Source of the DNA: a bacterium | GTDB lineage: Bacteria; Patescibacteriota; Microgenomatia; Daviesbacterales; UBA10151 | DNA: 64,000 bases | Assembly: GCA_021786315.1 (NCBI GenBank) | Contig: JAJYNN010000003.1 | Coordinates: 3,360 to 67,359, forward strand | Direction of reading: 5' to 3' | Part shown: in pieces, positions 57,516 through 64,000 of the stretch | Layout: the number at the start of each line of letters is the position of its first letter | Numbering within the stretch: the stretch's first letter is position 1 | Position numbers and translations under genes: made by a program | Notes under the pieces: model-generated | What the model was told of the DNA's origin: nothing | The model's database searches: none | Seen by the model: the letters and a program-made list of their open reading frames with translations, nothing else

Positions 57516-59912
57516 TTATCCCTTTTTCTCCGCTTCCACAATTTTGAGAGTTGTTTTAATCACAGTATCCGGATTCAAAGAAATACTTTCAATTCCTTCA
57601 CGGACCAGGAATTGGGCAAACTCCGGATAGTCAGACGGCGCTTGTCCGCAAATGCCGATATACTTTTTCTCCGCCCGGCATTTTTTAATAATGTTGCCGA
57701 TCATTGTCTTTACCGCCTCATCATTTTCATTGCTAATCCCGCGGATCTTTTCATTGCCGTCCCTATCCAGCCCCAACATTAATTGGGTCAAATCATTACT
57801 GCCAATACTCATCCCGTCAAAGATTTTCAGGAACTCATCCGCCAAAACAATATTGGCCGGAATCTCACACATCACATATATTTTTAGGTCATCTTTTCTT
57901 ACCCCGTTTTTCTCAATTATCTCCACTACTTTTTTGCCCTCTTCCGGAGTCCGGCAAAAAGGAACCATCACACACAGATTAGTTAAGCCCATCTCCTGCC
58001 TGACCTTTTTAATGGCTTCCAGTTCCAAAACAAAAGCCGGGGCAAAATCCGGGTGATAATAACGGGAAGCGCCCCGCCACCCCAGCATTGGATTTTCTTC
58101 TTTCGGCTCATATAATTCTCCCCCGATTAAAGCGCTGTATTCATTGGTCTTAAAATCAGAGAAACGGACAATCACCGGCTTGGGGTAAAAAGCGGCGGCC
58201 ACTTTGGCTATTCCGTAAGCCAACGTATCCACATAATATTGGACTTTATCCGGGTACCCGAAAGTTTTCTCCTGAACCTTTCTTTTGATCCCTTCCGGAA
58301 GTTTGGAAAAATTTAAAATTGCCAAGGGGTGAATGCCGATATCCGAGGCGATAATAAATTCTTCCCGGGCCAACCCCACCCCGTCATTGGGCAAAAACGA
58401 TTTTTCAAAAGCCGTATCGGGGGTGGCGATATTCATCATGACGTGAGTCTTTGGCCGGGGAAAATCTTTGACGTCATGGTTTACAATTTTAAACTTCAAC
58501 AGCCCTTCCAAAACCAACCCTTCACTGCCGGTGGTATCCACGGTGATTTTATCACCGGTCTTGATTTTGCCGCTGGCCCCTTCCGTTCCCACCACACAGG
58601 GAATCCCCAACTCCCGGGAAACAATGGCGGCGTGAGAAGTCCTCCCACCCTTGTCGGTGACAATGGCCGAGGCAATTTTCATAATCGGTTCCCAATCCGG
58701 ATCGGTCATCTCCGTAACCAAAACCTCCCCGGCCTTAAATTCGGAAATCTTTGAAGGGGAAAGGATGACCCGCGCCGTTCCAGAGGCCACCTTATTCCCC
58801 ACCGAAATTCCCCGGGTTACCTCTTTACCGTCCTCTTCCCTGACATACTCGGCAATCTTGGAAAAATCCCGGGTGGAGTGAATCGTCTCCGGACGGGCCT
58901 GGACCAGGAATAATTCCCCTGTCCTCCCGTCTTTGGCCCACTCCATATCCATCGGTGTCCACTTGCCCCGTTTTTTGGAGTAGTGCTTTTCCACCTCCAT
59001 AGCCCATTCAGCCAAACGCAAAGCCTCCAAATCCGAAATTACAAAACTCTCCCTTTCCTTTTCCGAGGTAGAAACAATTTTTGTCGGTTGTTTCTCCCCG
59101 TAAACCATTTTTTGGTTTTTGGCCCCCAATTTTTTATTGATAACCGGGCGGTAAAATTTCCCTTCCTTACTTTTTCCCAAGGTTTCCTTAAACACCAAAA
59201 ATTCATCCGGGGTTACCTCCCCTTGCACAATCATCTCCCCCAACCCCCAAACACCATTAACGACCACAACATTCGGGAAACCGGTCTCGGTATCCAAAGA
59301 AAACATCACCCCGGAGCAACCCAAATCTGACCTCACCATCTTTTGCACCCCCACAGACAAGGCCACCTGGAAATGGTCAAACTTTTTATCAATCCGGTAG
59401 GAAATCGCCCGGGCGGTAAATAGGGAAGCCATTGATTTCCTGACTGCTTCCATTACGTTGTCCGCCCCCCGGATATCCAAAAAGGTCTCGTGTTCGCCGG
59501 CAAAGGAGGCGTCGGGCAAATCTTCGGCGGTGGCCGAAGACCGGCAGGCAAAGTCGGCGTTTTTGCCGTATTTTTTCTCGGCTACTTTATGGGCTTCGGC
59601 AATGGCTTTTTTTAAGTCTTCCGGAAATTCGGTTTTTTTAATGGCAGTTTGAATTTCCAAAGCCACCTTTTCCAGCTCATTGATGTTTTTGGCATTTAAA
59701 TTATCCAGCTTTTTCCTGATCTGTTCCTTTAAGCCGGTCTCTTCCAAAAAATGCCGGTAAGCGGTGGCGGTCACCGCATAACCTCCGGGGATATTCACCC
59801 CTTTAGGGGCCAAGTATTGAAGCATCTCACCCGATGAAGCGTTCTTTCCTCCGACCTCACCCACATCCTCAATTCCCACCTCTTCCAAATGCAGGATGAA
59901 TTTTTTGTCCAT
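57516..59912 (-). CDS. ppsA: Phosphoenolpyruvate synthase
   Basis: RSSATAEDLPDASFAG, QARPET, GGRTSHAAIVSRE, EENPMLGWRG, SIGSNDLTQ, ICGQAPSD. Confidence 0.96.
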   Translation of the reverse strand: MDKKFILHLEEVGIEDVGEVGGKNASSGEMLQYLAPKGVNIPGGYAVTATAYRHFLEETGLKEQIRKKLDNLNAKNINELEKVALEIQTAIKKTEFPEDLKKAIAEAHKVAEKKYGKNADFACRSSATAEDLPDASFAGEHETFLDIRGADNVMEAVRKSMASLFTARAISYRIDKKFDHFQVALSVGVQKMVRSDLGCSGVMFSLDTETGFPNVVVVNGVWGLGEMIVQGEVTPDEFLVFKETLGKSKEGKFYRPVINKKLGAKNQKMVYGEKQPTKIVSTSEKERESFVISDLEALRLAEWAMEVEKHYSKKRGKWTPMDMEWAKDGRTGELFLVQARPETIHSTRDFSKIAEYVREEDGKEVTRGISVGNKVASGTARVILSPSKISEFKAGEVLVTEMTDPDWEPIMKIASAIVTDKGGRTSHAAIVSRELGIPCVVGTEGASGKIKTGDKITVDTTGSEGLVLEGLLKFKIVNHDVKDFPRPKTHVMMNIATPDTAFEKSFLPNDGVGLAREEFIIASDIGIHPLAILNFSKLPEGIKRKVQEKTFGYPDKVQYYVDTLAYGIAKVAAAFYPKPVIVRFSDFKTNEYSALIGGELYEPKEENPMLGWRGASRYYHPDFAPAFVLELEAIKKVRQEMGLTNLCVMVPFCRTPEEGKKVVEIIEKNGVRKDDLKIYVMCEIPANIVLADEFLKIFDGMSIGSNDLTQLMLGLDRDGNEKIRGISNENDEAVKTMIGNIIKKCRAEKKYIGICGQAPSDYPEFAQFLVREGIESISLNPDTVIKTTLKIVEAEKKG

Positions 59913-59989
59913 GTTTCCATAGTAGCATTAATAATTCCTGATGGGTATAATTAAATTACCCATATGGGCACGTTTTTGGAGACATTTCT

Positions 59990-60397
59990 ATGGTCAGAAA
60001 AATTAAGAGCCAATTCAACTTGCTGGAAACAGCGTCGGTTAAATTCACGGAGTGGGTAGGCACTCCATACTCCATTGTTTTGCATACCGTACTTTTTGTA
60101 GGTATTTTTCTCCTGCAGCGTTTCGGTTTCACCACTGACCAAATTCTTCTAATACTGACCACCGCGGTTTCTTTGGAGGCAATATATTTGGCCATCTTTA
60201 TTCAGATGACCGTTAACCGCCATGCAGAAAGTCTGGAAGATATTGAGGAAGATATGGAGGAATTATCGGAAGACATGGATGACGACGAATCGGAAAACAC
60301 CCAAACCGCAAAAACATTGCAAAATATTGAGAAGCAGCTAAAAAAAGTCCGGGAAGACTTGGAGCAGCTCAAGAAAAAAAGGATTAATTTAGGTTAA
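59990..60397 (+). CDS. DUF1003-like membrane protein
   Basis: Two TM helices, VSLEAIYLAIFIQMTVNR, acidic coiled coil. Confidence 0.75.
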   Translation: MVRKIKSQFNLLETASVKFTEWVGTPYSIVLHTVLFVGIFLLQRFGFTTDQILLILTTAVSLEAIYLAIFIQMTVNRHAESLEDIEEDMEELSEDMDDDESENTQTAKTLQNIEKQLKKVREDLEQLKKKRINLG

Positions 60398-60462
60398 TTA
60401 TTCTTACACACCTCTTGCCTCCACCTCATCAACTGTCTATATCGGTTAGGTATAAACAGGCT

Positions 60463-60945
60463 ATGAACCACGGTCAAATCATCTTCAACCCGCCTCAGAA
60501 TAAACAATCCCAACCGGAGCCGCAAACAAACAACAATGAAGCCCAAAAAATTGAAGAGCTGGTTACCAAAACAGCCCGGGTACTCCTTAAAATCTCCGGA
60601 ATTTTCCCTTTCGACTTTTTCCCGGATGAGCTGGTGATTGATGAAAACAAGGTGAGCATCATCGCAAAAGGCTTGATTGATGAAAGTATTTACAGTATCG
60701 CCATCAAGGATTTGGGGGATGTGTCGGTGGAAACTGTTTTTATTTTCGCCTCTTTGACCATTAGTGACAACCGGATGAACCATCAGGAAATCAAGGTTAA
60801 ATGGCTGGATCCTGATGAAGCCGTCCGGGCCCACAACATGATCCAGGGGCTAATTTTAGGCAGGGAGCAAAAAATAGATTGGGCCAAGATAAGAACAGAG
60901 GAACTGGCCAAAAAAGTGGAGGAACTAGGCAAAGTTAAGGTGTAA
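60463..60945 (+). CDS. Hypothetical protein (possible bacterial PH-like fold)
   Basis: ATG at 60463; FPFDFFPDEL.ID..KV pattern. Confidence 0.7.
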   Translation: MNHGQIIFNPPQNKQSQPEPQTNNNEAQKIEELVTKTARVLLKISGIFPFDFFPDELVIDENKVSIIAKGLIDESIYSIAIKDLGDVSVETVFIFASLTISDNRMNHQEIKVKWLDPDEAVRAHNMIQGLILGREQKIDWAKIRTEELAKKVEELGKVKV

Positions 60946-60955
60946 AAGGTATAAT

Positions 60956-61861
60956 TTGAGGGTGAAACACCGCTTTTTTATCTTCTCCTTATTCATTTTA
61001 TACATGGTTCTGCTTTCCGCCGAGATGATGTGGCAGGGGATTATTATCTCCCCCACCCGCTATCTTTTTGTCCTTCTTTTGGGAGGACTGCTCGTCAGGC
61101 GGGCCCGGACCTTTATCCTGGATTGGATTCCCTTTGTTTTTGTCCTGGTTTCTTACGATTTTATCCGGGGGCTGGTACCCCGACTGATTTTTGAAATCCA
61201 CTTTACCGAGATGATCCGCTTTGACCAAAGGCTTTTCCATATTTTGCCTACCCAAACCCTACAAGCCAGATTTTTTCACCCGAACACTCTGGCTTGGTAT
61301 GATTATTTCGGAGCTTTTATTTATTTTTTCTATTTCATCCTGCCGGTGGCTTTTGGCTTCCTCCTCTATTTGATCCGCAAAGATTATTTCCGGCAATTTG
61401 TCACCGGTTTTTCCCTGCTTTCCTACGCCGGCTATCTCACTTATATCCTTTATCCGGCAGCCTCCCCCTGGGTCGCGGCGGAAGCCGGGTATATCAGCGG
61501 GGTGCAAAAGGTCTTAGACTTTAGTTTGAAAGCTATCTTTGGCCGGGGTGATGTGGTGAACATCTATCACAGTATGAACCCCAACCCGATTGCTGCCATC
61601 CCCTCTATGCATGCGGCTACCTCCTTTTTGGTTCTTTTGTTTGCCCTGAGGTTTTTTAAGCTTAAGGGTCTGCTGGTTTTGCCCTATGTTTTAAGTTTAT
61701 GGCTTTTTGTGGTCTATTCCGGAGAACATTACGTCACGGATGTTTTGGTAGGCATTATCTACGGTCTTTTTTTCTATGCTTTAAGCGCGCATTTTCTGCA
61801 CCATATCAACTGGCACCATCATTTTAATAAAACCCGCCTCACCCGCTGGTTAAATGCCTAA
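60956..61861 (+). CDS. PAP2 / inositol-phosphorylceramide-synthase-like membrane phosphotransferase
   Basis: YPAASPW, AAIPSMHAA, GEHYVTDV..G. Confidence 0.85.
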   Translation: MRVKHRFFIFSLFILYMVLLSAEMMWQGIIISPTRYLFVLLLGGLLVRRARTFILDWIPFVFVLVSYDFIRGLVPRLIFEIHFTEMIRFDQRLFHILPTQTLQARFFHPNTLAWYDYFGAFIYFFYFILPVAFGFLLYLIRKDYFRQFVTGFSLLSYAGYLTYILYPAASPWVAAEAGYISGVQKVLDFSLKAIFGRGDVVNIYHSMNPNPIAAIPSMHAATSFLVLLFALRFFKLKGLLVLPYVLSLWLFVVYSGEHYVTDVLVGIIYGLFFYALSAHFLHHINWHHHFNKTRLTRWLNA

Positions 61862-61896
61862 CTGTAAATTTTAAGCTTCCGTCCTATACTGCTCAA

Positions 61897-62904
61897 ATGA
61901 ATATCTTTGGCTCTGGCCAGCCCGATATGTCGGGAACGGAAGCTCCTGAATTTCCGCAGGGTTTAACTTGGTTTAACTCTCCCCCTCTAACCATGAAACA
62001 GCTGCGGGGTAAAGTGGTTTTAATCGATTTTTGGACTTATTCTTGTATCAATTGCCAGAGAACCCTGCCCCATCTCCGCGAGTGGTGGAGCAAGTATAAA
62101 AGCTACGGTTTTATATTAATTGGAGTTCATGATCCCGAGTTTGAATTTGAAAAAGATCCCCAAAATTTAAAAGAGGCAATTAAAAATTATCGGGTTACCT
62201 GGCCGGTAGTTGCTGACAACAACTACCAAACCTGGAATTTATACGGGGTTCATGCCTGGCCCACGGAATTTCTTGTAAACCAGGACGGAACCATTATTTA
62301 TACCCATGTCGGTGAAGGTAATTATCTTCAAACAGAAAGCCAAATTCAGGAAGCTTTAAAAAAAGCCGGTTTTGAGTTGCCGAAAGAAGCAGCCAGTAAA
62401 CTAGCAGAAGAACAGTTTAATTTTATGCAGACTCCTGAACTTTATTTAGGTTACCTTAGGGGAATTTTGGGCAACGAAGAAGGATACCAGAGAGAGCATA
62501 ATTATCTTTATCACGGTGAAAAATACGGCGGCAGCCTGGAACAGAACCTGGTTTATATCAACGGTGTTTGGCTGGCGATGCCGGAATATTTGGAACATGC
62601 CCGAAAGACAAAAGATCTGGAAGATTTTGTTCTTTTAAATTTCCGGGCCAAGAAAGTTTACTTAGTTATGGAATCGGCCACCGGCGAGCCTATTAAAGTT
62701 TATATTAGCCTGGACGAGGCAGGATTAAAAAAAGATTTTGCCGGGTCAGATATTCAATTTGATAAAAAGGGCGAGGCTTTTGTTAACGTCCAATTTTCCA
62801 CCCTCTATAATTTGATCAATACTCCTACCTTTGGTGATCATATCCTCAAGATCTCAACCAGGGAAGAGGGTCTTCGGGTCTTTGCTTTCACCTTCGGAAG
62901 CTAA
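61897..62904 (+). CDS. DipZ-like thioredoxin (redoxin) protein without the CcdA domain
   Basis: DFWTYSCINC, GVHDPEF.FEK, TPELYLG, FTFG end. Confidence 0.88.
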   Translation: MNIFGSGQPDMSGTEAPEFPQGLTWFNSPPLTMKQLRGKVVLIDFWTYSCINCQRTLPHLREWWSKYKSYGFILIGVHDPEFEFEKDPQNLKEAIKNYRVTWPVVADNNYQTWNLYGVHAWPTEFLVNQDGTIIYTHVGEGNYLQTESQIQEALKKAGFELPKEAASKLAEEQFNFMQTPELYLGYLRGILGNEEGYQREHNYLYHGEKYGGSLEQNLVYINGVWLAMPEYLEHARKTKDLEDFVLLNFRAKKVYLVMESATGEPIKVYISLDEAGLKKDFAGSDIQFDKKGEAFVNVQFSTLYNLINTPTFGDHILKISTREEGLRVFAFTFGS

Positions 62905-62913
62905 AGGGGAAAT

Positions 62914-63183
62914 TTAATATCCCAAGGGAGATGACCCGGTAGGCGCAGGCGATGCCGAAGGGGAAGATATTGCTTCACTGGGAACAGGGGTACCGGATAA
63001 TGCTGAGGTGGGTACGGTTCCGGTTACCGGGGGTATTGAACTTCTTTGAGGGGCAATCACAAAATAATAGACCAGGGCATAAAGGATGCCGCCGACAATT
63101 AAGTAAATGACTATCCATTGCCAAAGCGGCCTCTTTCCATATCCGGGCCCATATCCCTTTTTATCATCCTCTGCCATAAGCAT
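62914..63183 (-). CDS. Small single-TM hypothetical protein
   Basis: YGKRPLWQWI.IYL..G...Y..VYY plus a Pro/Ser tail. Confidence 0.7.
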   Translation of the reverse strand: MLMAEDDKKGYGPGYGKRPLWQWIVIYLIVGGILYALVYYFVIAPQRSSIPPVTGTVPTSALSGTPVPSEAISSPSASPAPTGSSPLGY

Positions 63184-63232
63184 ATTGTATAATGGATTCT
63201 GCTGCTAAACTGTAAGATAGAATACAAGAAAA

Positions 63233-63844
63233 ATGACTACCGATCAGAAAAAAGAGGCCTTAAAAAACCTGAAAGCGGAAATGGAAGCAGATAAAAGCCT
63301 ACCGCTGCGTGACCAGGCCACCCAATTAGTTTTTGGAGAAGGCAACCCGGATACTAAAATCTATTTCTTAGGGGAAGCACCGGGATTCTACGAAGATCGG
63401 GAAGGCCGCCCGTTTATCGGCCAGGCAGGGAAACTCCTCAGCCAGCTGATCGAAAGCATTGGCTTCAAACGTGAGGATGTCTATATCTCCAACGTAGTCC
63501 GCTTCCGTCCGCCGGAAAACCGGGATCCCGAACCGGAAGAGCTGGCCACCTTTGCTCCCTATGTCGACCGGGAAATTGAAATTATCGACCCTAAATTATT
63601 TGTCACTTTGGGAAGGTTTTCCATGGGGAAGTTCCTCCCTGGAGCCAAGATTTCCCAAGTCCACGGCAAAATCCAGCGCGTCAGGTGGAGAGGCAAAGAA
63701 ATTACCGTTGTCCCGATGTACCACCCGGCAGCGGCACTCCGGAACGGTGCCGTGATGCAACAGCTTAAGGAAGATTTTAAGGTTATCCCCCAAGCTTTAG
63801 CGGAGGTAGATAAACCAAAAACTGAACAGCTCACTTTGGTTTAA
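63233..63844 (+). CDS. Uracil-DNA glycosylase, family 4
   Basis: GEAPG..ED..GRPFIG.AG, RPPENRDP, YHPAAALR. Confidence 0.92.
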   Translation: MTTDQKKEALKNLKAEMEADKSLPLRDQATQLVFGEGNPDTKIYFLGEAPGFYEDREGRPFIGQAGKLLSQLIESIGFKREDVYISNVVRFRPPENRDPEPEELATFAPYVDREIEIIDPKLFVTLGRFSMGKFLPGAKISQVHGKIQRVRWRGKEITVVPMYHPAAALRNGAVMQQLKEDFKVIPQALAEVDKPKTEQLTLV

Positions 63845-63944
63845 TCCGCTGGATCATCTCTTGCCGGAGTCTTACTCCGTTTTTACTGGATACTTGTTTT
63901 TTCCCACTATGATAGGGAACGGCCTTCAAGGCAAGAAGACTTCT

Positions 63945-64000
63945 ATGACTAAGCTAAAAATTGCCCAACTGGCTCCGATTATTGAAAGGGTTCCCCCAAA
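63945..64000 (+). CDS. Probable GT4 glycosyltransferase, N-terminus (runs off window end)
   Basis: MTKLKIAQLAPIIERVPP matches the KIAQxAP..E.VPP start typical of a GT4 subfamily. Confidence 0.6.
   Translation, partial: MTKLKIAQLAPIIERVPP

Overview
Gene-dense bacterial chromosome segment. Gene content and style (stand-alone HTH-NTase regulator, DUF3048/DUF4446, archaeal-type AspRS, many leaderless genes) suggest a Patescibacteria/CPR genome, probably Microgenomates; this is inference. Housekeeping genes include murA, gltX, aspS, a RelA/SpoT homolog, recJ, cca, secD/secF, comM, miaA, hup, rny, recA/recX, ppsA-eno-gpmA and a D-lactate dehydrogenase, plus tRNA-Pro(GGG) and RNase P RNA. The most notable signal is absent from the ORF track: two back-to-back ribosome-mediated attenuators at 12.7-13.1 kb. 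A Phe/Tyr/Trp-rich leader precedes a lone DAHP synthase. A Leu-rich leader precedes a 78-aa unknown protein that converges on a RelA homolog with a degenerate hydrolase motif. Other points of interest are an orphan ParB plus PD-(D/E)XK nuclease pair, a family of intergenic triloop mini-hairpin repeats (one copy lies in a duplicated rnpB 3' end), a 137-nt rod-like ncRNA candidate, an insertion flanked by a duplicated helicase 3' end, and an Hhe-like helicase-nuclease. All calls come from motif reading by eye; no database searches were run.
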